Below, piece after piece: positions 29,748 to 42,427 of a stretch of DNA of 64,000 bases (position 1 is its first letter; every line of letters starts with the position of its first letter). The translations under genes and the position numbers were made by a program. The DNA is taken from positions 3,906,001-3,970,000 of the forward strand of contig NC_042997.1 in NCBI RefSeq assembly GCF_006345805.1. Reading direction: 5' to 3'. A model generated the notes under the pieces. That model was not told the DNA's origin. It made no database searches and worked only from the letters and a program-made list of their open reading frames with translations. The stretch comes from Octopus sinensis (taxonomy: Eukaryota).

Positions 29748-30934
29748 GTGGTGGAAGGGTATCTTTTTTCTTCACAAATGTAAATAAACACAATCTGTTT
29801 CTTAAACGAGGGACATATTCATACGGCACAGAACGCTTTTTAACTCCATAGAAGTCACTGATTGGCTGAAATTGCAGAAATTGAAGAAAAGGAACAACAG
29901 ATAGCTTACAAACTATAGAATTTTCTCAATAAAGCCAAGAGAAAAAGATGTTTTATAAACACATTCTACCAGTATACGAAGTTTAAAATTTTTTAGTTAC
30001 CTAGAAATTGTGTTAAAAACTGCCGAAAAGATCCAAATAAATCTTTTGCAAATACACATATTTAATTCTTTCTAATTTTAGTATAAGGCCAGTAACATGG
30101 AGACAGAGTATAAATTGACCTCAAGACTTGATTCTTGCTTTAATTTATCGACTCCAAAGGCTCGGGGAAAATTAAACTAAGGACATAAAGAGCCAAAAGC
30201 AATGCCGCTAATCACATTGTATCTTCTAACAGTTCAACAATCTCCCCCTTAATCTACATATCTTAATGTATGTCACATTTGATATAGTAAAAATTTATAA
30301 TGTTGAGCTAATATTTCAACATTAAAATATTGTCTTTCTAACTTACTGAATTTTGGCTGCTATTCCTTAGATTTGTGAATAAATGCTTGTTTCTTAATGA
30401 AATATGTGGTAGTAAATGCCGACGGATGGTCTATAATACATTTGTCAACAACAATAACGTGCGATGTCAGTGAAATAACTGAAAAAAAGATTCCATACTC
30501 ATAGAATATTTTAAATGATATGTTTCAGAAAATGTTTATTTATTTTCTCAAAAGAAGATTCCATATTATTCGTCTTTTTTTAAAATTTCACATTTTGTGT
30601 ATATCAACGAATATTGAAGTGGAAAAGTGTATAATGAACTTCGAAACAGCATTATTCACTGTTTTGCAGACTGTAATTTCTTTTGTAAAATAGATAAGTC
30701 AACTAAAAAAATAATAGTTTCAAGTGATAGAAGGAAATGCATCCAATAAATCAAGACTAGTTTAAAAGCAGAACCAATTCTACTGACTGAAATCTCTTGT
30801 AAGTCAGCCGCCATGTTCATTATATTTGCTATACTTCTAGTCTCCTACGGTAAAACTTCACTAAAAATAAAATACAAATCATACTCATAATGTTACATAT
30901 GAAAATTCAGTGAATACTAAATCAGGTGGCCCAC

Positions 30935-31075
30935 TCGGTTCCCGAGGTGGCAAGCAACAAGATTCTATGCAGTATTTATTTCGAATTTCTGCAATCCGAG
31001 TTCAAATTACGCTGAAGTCAGTTTGAAATATTTTCTTCTATCGAAATCAATAAAAGTAGGTACTTGTACACGACC
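30935..31075 (+). mobile_element. Degraded SINE
   Basis: gagttcaaattacgctgaagtc...tcgaaatcaataaaagtaggtac resembles the 31622 family. Confidence 0.45.
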
Positions 31076-31415
31076 GTGATCATACAGATATCATGGACCA
31101 TATAATTTCCGGCATTTTCTCTTCTACTTTTGTTTTTGAGCTGCAAAACCACATTGGTTTATATGAGTGGCAGACTTACTCTATCACCCGATGTAACCTA
31201 ATACTTGGGTGTTGCATATTGATGTTAATGGCGTTGCGTCTCACACTTACAAAAACAAGAAAGCAATTAGTTGAAAGTGATAATTATTTAATTGTGACAG
31301 AAGGACAGACAGTAAGACACGGTGCATGCCACGAAGCGGTTTATCACTCGTATTATCATAAAGCGCATTAATACACATTCAAAATGACTATGGCTATGAT
31401 TGTATACGTTGTTTG

Positions 31416-31479
<64 letters not shown>

Positions 31480-31621
31480 ATATATGAATTTTGTGTTTGA
31501 ATAAGTTATCAACTCTACTCAAAGCCTAAGTGGATCTGAACGCTATGAAGTTAATTGATACATATGCACGTGTTTTCTTTTTTCATTACTATAGAGCGTG
31601 TGAAAATATATTTCTTTATTG

Positions 31622-31803
31622 CCCATAAGGGGCTAATCATAGAGGGGACAAACAAGGACAGACAAATGGATTAAGCCGATTACATCGACCCCAGCGCGTA
31701 ACTGGTACTTATTTAATCGTCCCCGAAATTTCAACTCAGAACGTAACAGCAGACGAAATAGCGCTAAGTACTTCGCTCGACTTGCTAAAGATTCTACCAG
31801 CTC
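31622..31803 (-). mobile_element. tRNA-type SINE
   Basis: Reverse strand gagctggtagaatc...atttcgtctgctgttacgttctgagtt...ttaaataagtaccagttacgcgctggggtcgatgtaatc with pol III box-like head. Confidence 0.85.
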
Positions 31804-34229
31804 GATCGATAGATATCGGTTTCAAGTTTAAACGAAGGCCATATATTTCAGGAGAGGGTGAAAGGTGATTACATAGACCTAAGTGTTCAACTAGTATTCA
31901 TGTTAGCGTTTCTAAATCAATGAAATACAAAGTTGTCCTCGACGGTATTTGAATATTCAGAACGTAAATACGATGAACAATAATCTAAACACTAGAGCCA
32001 AAGACGTTACTATTACATGATTGCATCTACTACTAGAAAACGTGAAAATACATCCTATAGATGTCAACCTGCCCTCCACATTAAAAATGTTTCAAAACTC
32101 CACAGGGGTCACACCAACAATACTAAAAGTTCTTTATAGCTATTCCTAAATATATGCCCGGTATGTCACTGTACATGCTTGATCATTTGCGATATATCAG
32201 TTATCATCAACTCAAGAGTAATAAACACCATATGTAAAACTTCATTCCTGCTGCTGTGCTCACCTTGTAATTTACATTCCATTCCTGCACTTCTTGATTT
32301 TAACTGCCTCTAAAATACGCAGCCCATACACCTATTACGCGACGCATCCATGATTTACATAAATAACACATATAAAATGGCGCCTTTTGACAAAATTTTA
32401 AACCAAATGTAACACGTACAATTTTAACAAGTAAAATGTATACTTGCAACTAGCTTCTAAACACATTTTACATAGAAGCATATATAACTTCATATAATTC
32501 AGGGTGCATGAACCCAAAGAAATTAATACACGTATATTGTAATGCATTAAGGAGTTATAATAACGTAATTATCCTTGCAATATAAATTATTTGATAATTG
32601 TATTTATGAAAGATATGTGTAGAGTATCTGATATCAATCTCAAATCATCTGAAATAATTTGCAGGATGTAATTCGTTGAAACATGCATAAGCGCACCTGA
32701 AACACAGCCGTTCGGGTTGTTGCTTAACAATTTATCAATTAAAATAATAGTATATTTGAACACTTGCAAATTTACATAATGACATAATACATCAGAGCAT
32801 ACCGTTATGAAATGTCACTTAAATTTATTTTTCTCTTCTTATGTTTATTACAAAATGTAGGAATCTGTAAATTATTTTTTGTTACGTTTCAGAGGAAATC
32901 ATTATATAGCATATCCTGCAAATGGATATCGCCTGTATTATTCATTGTCTAGAAAATTTCTTTGAAATGTACATGATCGAAGTTATCGTGAGAATTTGAT
33001 TATGCAATTTATCATGTAAAAATTTATCGGCGTCTTCCAGTTCTGTTTGAATTCCAAACGTCAACCGGTGCATAAGCATATACAATCTACTTCAAATATT
33101 CATCTCTCATTACAAGTAAATGATCGATTTTCGCCTTTCCTTCTCTTTCTTTCATTGTCACCTTAACCAGCGGCTTTTTCTGTGGGCACTTATCCATATA
33201 CTATGAATAACGAACGGATCAATTATGCCGCACTTCATATCAAATATGATTATCGAATACGTGAAATTCGAATAACAAGATGCAAGCTGGTAGTAGTTAC
33301 AATAATATATATGTGTGTGGGTGCGTGCGTCTGTATATATACGTATATATGATGGATATTTCTATACATATATGTATACGTATATGTATATATGTATAGG
33401 GAGTTTACGAATGAAACAAAAGACGAAGACAGGTGGTGTACAAGACAAACAGATGTATTAGTATAACGCTCAGGAATAGACAAAGTCTTTTACGTTTCGA
33501 GCCTACGCTCTTCTATAGGAAGAGAAACAGAAAAACAAGGAGAGAAAAAATGTGTGTAGTGGCTAAACGATTTATCATGGCGACAGCCAGACAGAAGGGT
33601 CACACACTAGAGCGAAGAAGTAGGGGAGATAACAAAGTAAATATGACTCCCAACATGAAGGTGCGTGCGTGTATAAGAGAGTATGTATGTGCGTGTGAAA
33701 GAGGGCTGGTGGTCTGGACGTGTGCGTGTATATATGTGTAGGTGTGAAAATGTAGGGATGGGAATTGGTCAGTGCCGGCGTGTGGGTGGTGTGCTGTGAT
33801 GTGATGTGTAATGTTGTATGGTGTAGTGTGGTGTGATGTTGTTGGGAGGTGTTGGAGGCGAGAGTGGGGAAAGCACGGGTGGGGTGTGGGTTCGCCTGAG
33901 ATTTGGGGTATGTGGGTAGGCAGAGGGTGGGGTATGTGGGAGAGGGTGTGTGGATAGGATAGGGAAGATGGAGTAGGAATGTGTTGGGGTGGGCTTATGG
34001 GGTAGGGTTGACAAAGAAAACAAAAAATAAAAGACGAAAACCGGTGGTGCAGACAAAAAGGAGATGCCATTGTTTATTGCTCGGGAAGTGAAAAAGGTTT
34101 TTAACGTTTCGAGTCTACGCTCTTCCACAGAACGGAACACATAAATAAACAAGGAGAGAATATAAAGAATGTGCAGTAGTTAGTGATCTAGACAGACACA
34201 CACACATTCGTATACATACGAATATGCAT

Positions 34230-34830
34230 GTCCCAATTTTTGAGAGTTAAAAATTAATGGAATATCAAATAAGGTAGTTGGGATTATCTAAATGGTGTTC
34301 GGGATATGTGCTTTGTCGTTATATAGGTTGCATTTAGGTTTGCAGTAAAATTTGAAGGTATGGAAAAAGATGTTGTTGCATGTACCTACAGCCTCGTAAT
34401 ATTTATTTAGTAGAACTGAAGCGTTGTTTTAATATGTACGTAGAATGCCTCTTTATGACATAGCTGACGGGCTGAGCATTGACCTTGGTATGCAAAGCCT
34501 TAATCTACTATGGACCATGACAAGATATAGGAAATATTTATATTTTTAAGATGATGTATGTGACTGGTGAGCGATGCGTTTTTACTTTGTTTCTTGTATG
34601 TAAAAGAATTGAGATGCGCAGCGTCACGCTGTTTAAAATTTATAGTTGACCATATATATATGGTTGTAGAATTGTGTAACGTGTTGAGGACAGTGCATTT
34701 ATAAGTTACATTAGAGTTTATGCAATGAATTTGTAGAGGACAGATGGTCCCACGACAGCAATTACATGGTCGTGCATTGTGGAGATTATTCTCAGGAATG
34801 GAGGGGGTAATACTGTCAGAGTAAAGGTTA
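34230..34830 (-). mobile_element. Penelope-like GIY-YIG remnant
   Basis: CNCCRGTICPLQIHC...YKCTVLN...NISYILSWSIVD; same family as 50400-51300. Confidence 0.8.
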
Positions 34831-34936
34831 GAGACTGAGTGGCTTGGTCTGTTCTATTAACACTATAATTACTATTATCATTATGTTGACGAGGGAAGCT
34901 TAAGTTCGCTTACATATATATATATGTGTGTGTGTG

Positions 34937-34977
<41 letters not shown>

Positions 34978-35041
34978 CTTATACACACGTGTGCATATTT
35001 ACAGGGAGGAAAAATGCAGACAAACACACACACACACGCAT

Positions 35042-35451
35042 ATTCTCTTTTACTCTTTTACTTGTTTCAGTCATATGACTGTGGCCATGCTGGAGCACCG
35101 CCTTTAATCGAGTAACTCGACCCGGGACTTATTCTTTTGTAAGCCCAGTACTTATTCTATCGGTCTCTTTTGCCGAACCGCTAGTTAACGGGGACATAAA
35201 CACACCAGCATCGGTTGTCAAGCAATGCTAGGGGGACAAACACAGACAAACAAACACACACACGCACACATATATGTATATACATATATACGACAGGTTT
35301 CTTTCAGTTTCCGTCTACCAAATCCACTCAAAAGGCATTGGTCGGCCCGAGGCTATAGCAGACGACACTTGCCCAAGATGCCACGCAGTGGGACCGAAAT
35401 CGGAACCATGTGGTTGTCTAGCAAGCTACTTACCACACAGCCACTACTGCG

Positions 35452-35453
<2 letters not shown>
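35042..35453 (-). mobile_element. Full-length tRNA-type SINE with internal (TG/TA) tract
   Basis: Reverse strand ggcgcagtagtggctgtgtggtaagtagcttgc...ggttccg...cttgggcaagtgtc...gacaaccgatgctggtgtg...gtgctccagcatggccacagtc and a short A-rich tail. Confidence 0.9.
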
Positions 35454-35532
<79 letters not shown>

Positions 35533-37369
35533 CAGTGTGGTGTATATGCGTGTGTATGTGTGTATGACACTGGCAGAAATAGAGATATGATGATTACTTG
35601 TAACATAGTGTATCAAATTCCCTTTCCTGAAGAAAAGTCTACAAGCTTTGCCCTGTAGCTGTCGTCATTAACCATGCGGAGCTTCAATTATTTTTATTTG
35701 TTCATATTCTACTTAGCGAGTAGGTTCGGCTTCCGTTAAGAAACGGTATCCCATCTCACACCAGTGAACTTCTCTTCAGAGACGATTTTGGGAAACATTG
35801 TTGCCTTTCTCGACAATCCCAAACATTTCAACCATCCTGTCCATTTCTTGAATCACTCATCTTGAATCAGTCACACACACGTGATTTACATTAATATACA
35901 TCTTTCAATTCGTCGTTGAGTGATTGTGCTTACAAATTTTGCTTTGCACATTTTCTTCTTACAAATATAGTTGTATTAGTTCACAGTGACGGAGATTGCA
36001 CTAAGTTAGCTTCATCCATAATTTTATCAACCGTGTAAGATGAACCAGTACCCCCTATATTACGTGACTACCTGGCTGCAAATCCGTGTCCGGTGACAGT
36101 GAACGTATTAATAAAATTGCATACGTTATGATTTTCCTTGGAACTGTAATATATAGCAAATATCAATTGTAATAGTACGGCATTTTTGATGTTCAATCTT
36201 TGTACTTCATGAAAAATATGTAGCTATAATTATCAAAGTCCTTTTGGCGGCAGCATCATGTACAAGAAATCCCGATGAAAAGATATATATTTAACGATTT
36301 GAATGTATTATAAAGCCGGCCATTCTATACTACATTATCTCTAAGTACTTTCAGTTCAACGACTGGCAACAACTTAAAGGATAGTAGGGTGAAGAATCAC
36401 TCAGAAATCTGCCTTACTGCAGTTCAAATTTACATACAAAATCACCTGAAACAATGGTCATTCTATTTTGTGTGGTTTCCCCCCAGCAATTCGCAAACGT
36501 TTTCTCTAAAAACATAGAAGGCACACATACTTTTCAAAAATTCAAAAATTCAAAAATTTCAAGTTATTTTAACTCGAACATTCTCGGTCGATTCTTTCCG
36601 GCACCTCTGAGATTTCATACCCGCTGAATTGTTGATATGCATCACTTCAACAGATACATTAATACCATCTATCAATATCAAACGGCTTTACTCCTACACG
36701 TATTGCTAGCTTCATAGAACGACAAGAAGTCATTGAATATTTTTGTCACTGCCTTCACCTTATAAATTCGTCGGCTGTAAATATGTGATTAATGTTTACA
36801 TTATATATACACGAAGATGAAATTTATTGTACGCTATTCGAAATGCACATTAAATTCGCCATACATATGTACATTGTGTAAGTGTATGTATCGGTAAATA
36901 CAAAATAAAAAGAAATGTGAATTATTCTCTTGTACGGCCATTATTATATTCATTTTCTTTTTAATTATATTCCGTTTTCCTAATTGTATTGAATGAGATG
37001 TTAAGAAATTAAAAAAATGGAAATATTCCATCCCTAAGAGCAATTCTAACGCATTCTTTATGAATATATTCATATTATGGACCTTATGTTTTTGTCAAAT
37101 ATTGCCCTACAGTGGTTTCATCATTTCATCCAGAGTTTCATTCAATGCTTACACTCCTCTTGAAGCTTTCCATTTGTCTAAAGACTAGTTTAATGAACGC
37201 CACTTTTTTAATTCATCAAGGGGCATCCAGGTGTTATTTTCTTTTATTCTAGGTGAAAGAAATGCCGATAACGTTTAAAATATTGTGTTATATCAAAAGT
37301 GTTGCAACATTTTGGTAACGTATTTGCTTTATTCGTAAAGTTACAACAAAAGCAGTCTATCATTCAAGG

Positions 37370-37920
37370 TAAAGGCATTTATAGTCCATCGTTTGACTCC
37401 ACTTTCCTGTCAATTCTTTGATAAAAATCTGATGACACTTCTTGTTGTTTGAAACAAAGACGACCTCCTTCTCTAAATTTTCCAACTCCTTTCGTTGATA
37501 AAAAGTCACGAGTGCAGGATGCATGGATGGGTTCGGAACAAATAATAATCAGACAGTTCCAGGCTATTTGCTGGGGATGGTATCAAGTCAATTTCCTCGA
37601 GCTCCTGGAGTTTATGCCGAGCCAACCTGACATTCTCGAGTGTTACTCAGGGCCTGTGTGTCTATTGCTTGGAGCACAGCCTCGTAATTCACAGTTTTAG
37701 GACTACCTAAACTTGCCTAATCGTCCAAGCAGAGCGTGATATTTGATTCGCAAAACTGATGATTTTGGTTCTTTCATAGCGTTATGGCCTTCTTCGATCT
37801 CGTAAAGTATAGGTTCCCAAACTAAATTACATTGCAAGTCTATATGTGCAGCTTTAAATCTCATAGGTAGGGAACAGCTAGCATGAAACTAGTGACGGCT
37901 ACCTTTCAGATTTCGATCTA
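37370..37920 (-). mobile_element. Internally deleted mariner remnant
   Basis: ILYEIEEGHNA (N-terminal) joined to IPSPANSLELSDYYLFR (YSPDLAPSDYYLF equivalent) and the C-terminal region. Confidence 0.7.
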
Positions 37921-38961
37921 CTTTGGTTAGGCAATATACAGGCCGCAATTTATCACGTAGGCAAATTTTCAAAACTTTTAACTTGACTCAGTATCTGTAA
38001 CGAAATATATGAGATTAAGAATATACTTTCTCACGTGGAAAATATAATAGAAAACTGTAGGTGAACAACTATCATCATACCTTCTAAATAATCTTAATGC
38101 TCACAACGGTATTCAAAGTATACACAATATACTTGACCACAGAATGCATAACGCTTGCGTCTGTATTACTGACGTAAGATTACAAGACGTAATTTGCCAG
38201 AAGAAATCCTTGCTCCTCGAAAACAAAAAGCCTAACCTTAATGCGCAGACCGTCTTTTAGATAGAGTATGCTATTGGAATTTTGATGACAGAATTATCTC
38301 TTTACTCGTAATCATTGTTGCATATCTAGAAATTAAATGCAGGTGTTTATAATTCCCACGAGAGCCCAATCTTCGAAATGTTTTAAATTAAAGTAACGTA
38401 CGACAGTCAAAATTATTCCCAGTAAATTCCCTATCCCTTGGAGATGACATGAATCTATTAGCTCAATCGGTGAAATGTTGCTTAATGAAAACCAACATAA
38501 CTAGACCACATAGGTATATTCAAACCCCAAGCCACTGTTCAGAAGATACATTTAATTTAGCAAGCGCAGCTGTTTCTATGATGAATATCGCATATCAAGA
38601 ATTTCATATTCATCTATACAAGCATAATGTATCGAATTTCTATAAAAGCTACACTAATGATGTCTGTCAGTATTACGTTTTGTGTATGGGCATTATATGT
38701 TATGCGTTCATTCACCGCTTCGAAAAGAATTATTTTAAAGATACTAACAATACTCGAGTCATCTTGACACTAGAAAGCAGTATCACATCTCACCAGGAGA
38801 ATTTATATAATGTCTGTCTATAACGGGATGACTCAATACTAAGCATAGTCTCCTATTGCAATATACAAAAAAAAATACCTCTTCATAAATATTGATGATA
38901 GTCCTAATAGAAAGATGAAGAAATGATTCTTGGTTCCCCTAAATGACTTCGAACTCCTCAC

Positions 38962-39006
38962 CTGTTTCTCATTAAAGACATATTCATTCATTAATCTTTC
39001 GCAAAT
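38962..39006 (-). CDS. Candidate 45-nt coding exon, ICERLMNEYVFNEKQ, unknown protein
   Basis: Acceptor ttttatttgtctgtgattttctag, donor CAG|gtgagg, open in phase 0-0; no homology recognised. Confidence 0.3.
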
Positions 39007-39724
39007 CTAGAAAATCACAGACAAATAAAAGTATTTAAGATGTCCATTTGATGGACTACGTCAGTTTTATCTGTATTTATTTGGAAGCAGTTCTCTCATT
39101 ATTTAAAAGCAGTCCTTTATATATATGGTATAACTAAGATGCTGTTCCACGGTCAGTTTCATGATCTGGTGCTTAACACTCACTGAATTTAGATTCATCT
39201 CTTTCTTTCCTTCTCTCACTCTCAATCTCTCCCGATATCCCAATATGTATGTATATATATATATAATATATATTATATAGATATATATATATATATATAA
39301 TATTATATATATATATATTATATTATACATACATACTTATATTCATATATACACATATGTATAACATATATTCATATATATACATATATATATATTATAC
39401 ATACATATACATATATTCATATATATATATACATTAATTTCAACAATTGAGGGCAAAATTAATTAATTATTAATCAATTTCACCAAGTGTTCAGTATGAA
39501 AGGGACCATTCAAGGCGAATTCAAATTATTACATTATATAAAAGGGCTTAGTAAAATAAATTACTTTGCCGCATACTGAACTCATTAGAAATAGCAGCTA
39601 AAAAACTTTTTTAAAGTTATTTCTAATACTTAAAGAAAATCTCTCTCATATATAGTGTTTGCTTAATTCAACTCACAAAAGTTTGGGGGTAAGGACATCG
39701 AAAAATCAAATGCTAAGGTTATTC

Positions 39725-39774
39725 GAGAACGTACGTTTCAAGATTAGTCAAAACAACATTTCTATCATCGGCTC
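39725..39774 (-). ncRNA. Minimal type I hammerhead-like motif, array copy 1
   Basis: GAG-CCGAUGA-[stem II]-GAAAC-GUAC-GUU-CUC; palindromic loop III; U4 replaced by C. Confidence 0.55.
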
Positions 39775-40266
39775 AGAAATTCCTTGGTTTGGATTTGGAA
39801 ACACTGAAAATAAGAACATACCCTTTCGAAGATCTGCTCCCAACTAACAGTGCCAACAAATTCAAATAAGCAAGCGAAGAATCTCTGTTCTCCCCATTCC
39901 ACCAGCGTGGGTTAAAATCATCAAACACTATGCTTATTTCGGTAAAATCCGAAGCATTAATCAGAGGGAGATTAATTATAATTTCAACAATTGAGGGCAA
40001 AATTAATTAATTATTAATCAATTTCACCAAGTGTTCAGTATGCAAAGGGACCATTCAAGGCGAATTCAAATTATTACATTATAAAAGGGCTTAGTAAAAT
40101 AAATTACTTTGCCGCATACTGAACTCATTAGAAATAGCAGCTAAAAAACTTTTTTAAAGTTATTTCTAATACTTAAAGAAAATCTCTCTCATATATAGTG
40201 TTTGCTAATTCAACTCACAAAAGTTTGGGGGTAAGGACATCGAAAAATCAAATGCTAAGGTTATTC

Positions 40267-40316
40267 GAGAACGTACGTTTCAAGATTAGTCAAAACAACA
40301 TTTCTATCATCGGCTC
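40267..40316 (-). ncRNA. Minimal hammerhead-like motif, array copy 2
   Basis: Same motif as copy 1. Confidence 0.55.
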
Positions 40317-40599
40317 AGAAATTCCTTGGTTTGGATTTGGAAACACTGAAAATAAGAACATACCCTTTCGAAGATCTGCTCCCAACTAACTAAAATTATA
40401 ATTAATCTCCCTCTGATTAATGCTTCGGATTTTACCGAAATAAGCATAGTGTTTGATGATTTTAACCCACGCTGGTGGAAAGGGGAGAACAGAGATTCTT
40501 CGCTTGCTTATTTGAATTGTTGGCACTGTTAGTTGGAGCAGATCTTCGAAAGGGTATGTTCTATTTTCAGTGTTTCCGAATCCAAACCAAGGAATTTCT

Positions 40600-40648
40600 G
40601 AGCCGATGATAGAAATGTTGTTTGACTAATCTTGAAACGTACGTTCTC
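40600..40648 (+). ncRNA. Minimal hammerhead-like motif, array copy 3
   Basis: gagccgatgatagaaatgttgtttgactaatcttgaaacgtacgttctc. Confidence 0.55.
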
Positions 40649-41139
40649 GATAACCTTAGCATTTGATTTTCGATGTCCTTACCCCAAACTTTTGTGAGTT
40701 GAATTAAGCAAACACTATATATGAGAGAGAGATTTTCTTTAAGTATTAGAAATAACTTTAAAAAAGTTTTTTAGCTGCTATTTCTAATGAGTTCAGTATG
40801 CGGCAAAGTAATTTATTTTACTAAGCCCTTTTATATAACGTAATAATTTGAATTCGCCTTGAATGGTCCCTTTGCATACTGAACACTTGGTGAAATTGAT
40901 TAATAATTAATTAATTTTGCCCTCAATTGTTGAAATTATAATTAATCTCCCTCTGATTAATGCTTCGGATTTTACCGAAATAAGCATAGTGTTTGATGAT
41001 TTTAACCCACGCGGTGGAAAGGGGAGAACAGAGATTCTTCGCTTGCTTATTTGAATTTGTTGGCACTGTTGTTGGGAGCAGATCTTCGAAAGGTATGTTT
41101 TTATTTTCAGTGTTTCCAAATCCAAACCAAGGAATTTCT

Positions 41140-41189
41140 GAGCCGATGATAGAAATGTTGTTTTGACTAATCTTGAAACGTACGTTCTC
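41140..41189 (+). ncRNA. Minimal hammerhead-like motif, array copy 4
   Basis: Same motif. Confidence 0.55.
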
Positions 41190-41681
41190 GAATAACCTTA
41201 GCATTTGATTTTTCGATGTCCTTACCCCCAAACTTTTGTGAGTTGAATTAAGCAAACACTATATATGAGAGAGATTTTCTTTAAGTATTAGAAATAACTT
41301 TAAAAAAGTTTTTTAGCTGCTATTTCTAATGAGTTCAGTATGCGGCAAAGTAATTTATTTTACTAAGCCCTTTTATATAATGTAATAATTTGAATTCGCC
41401 TTGAATGGTCCCTTTGCATACTGAACACTTGGTAAATTGATTAATAATTAATTAATTTTGCCCTCAATTGTTGAAATTATAATTAATCTCCCTCTGATTA
41501 ATGCTTCGGATTTTACCGAAATAAGCATAGTGTTTGATGATTTTAACCCACGCTGGTGGAAAGGGGAGAACAGAGATTCTTCGCTTGCTTATTTGAATTT
41601 GTTGGCACTGTTAGTTGGGAGCAGATCTTCGAAAGGGTATGTTCTTATTTTCAGTGTTCCAAATCCAAACCAGAATTTTCT

Positions 41682-41731
41682 GAGCCGATGATAGAAATGT
41701 TGTTTTGACTAATCTTGAAACGTACGTTCTC
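41682..41731 (+). ncRNA. Minimal hammerhead-like motif, array copy 5
   Basis: Same motif. Confidence 0.55.
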
Positions 41732-42320
41732 GAATAACCTTAGCATTTGATTTTTCGATGTCCTTACCCCCAAACTTTTGTGAGTTGAATTAAGCAAACA
41801 CTATATATGAGAGAGATTTTCTTTAAGTATTAGAAATAACTTTAAAAAAGTTTTTTAGCTGCTATTTCTAATGAGTTCAGTATGCGGCAAAGTAATTTAT
41901 TTTACTAAGCCCTTTTATATAATATATATACATATATATATTATACATACATATACATATATTCATATATATACATATATATATATGTATACACACATAT
42001 GTATATGTATATATATATATACGGGTCAACCAAATCCAATCAATTTTTACATTGTAATAATACTATGTGACCCCGTGATTGTCAATATGTATTTTTGAAA
42101 TTAAAACAAAGCAACATTGGCACTACTTCCGTATTACGTCCCAAAACACGAAAATAAAAGTGAAACCTTCGAAGGACTAATTTATAATTCGTAACACTTT
42201 TTTTTATATTGTTTCCCATTTATACTCTTACACTTTATTCTTTCCATTTTCATAGCTCACAAGTACGTATGTATATATATATACATATATTTTATATGTA
42301 TATATAATTATTATAATATA

Positions 42321-42353
<33 letters not shown>

Positions 42354-42376
42354 ATATATATATTTATTATATAAAG

Positions 42377-42427
42377 AGCTTCTACAGGACTAGAACTGTT
42401 TCATTCAAGAGAAATCTTCAGGAAGCT
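42377..42427 (-). ncRNA. Type I hammerhead ribozyme motif
   Basis: Exact reverse complement of 44212-44262. Confidence 0.7.

Larger units (their letters stand above)
39436..41920. repeat. ~541-bp unit array: ~1.75 copies forward then ~2.8 copies inverted
   Basis: Motif spacing 39725 to 40267 (542), 40600 to 41140 (540), 41140 to 41682 (542); orientation switches at ~40391; ORF track shows the same peptides on both strands. Confidence 0.95.

Noticed and set aside
30236-30252. tcaacaatctccccctt, a copia-like polypurine tract plus TGTTG on the minus strand
   Set aside because: No matching LTR or RNase H/RT motifs found nearby.
31180-31245. Other small minus-strand exon candidates (31180-31245, ~29270-29385, ~32265-32310, 49791-49855)
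   Set aside because: Open frames with GT-AG ends, but phases do not chain consistently and the peptides are unrecognised; expected by chance in 64 kb.
38449-38823. 124-aa non-repetitive plus-strand ORF
   Set aside because: No recognisable motif or convincing splice context; length is attainable by chance.
39659-41691. Repeated 62-110 aa ORFs in the array as a coding repeat
   Set aside because: Starts, ends and frames differ between copies through indels; no recognisable domain.
39436-41920. CRISPR-like interpretation of the array
   Set aside because: Whole units are repeated with no unique spacers; eukaryotic context; no cas genes.
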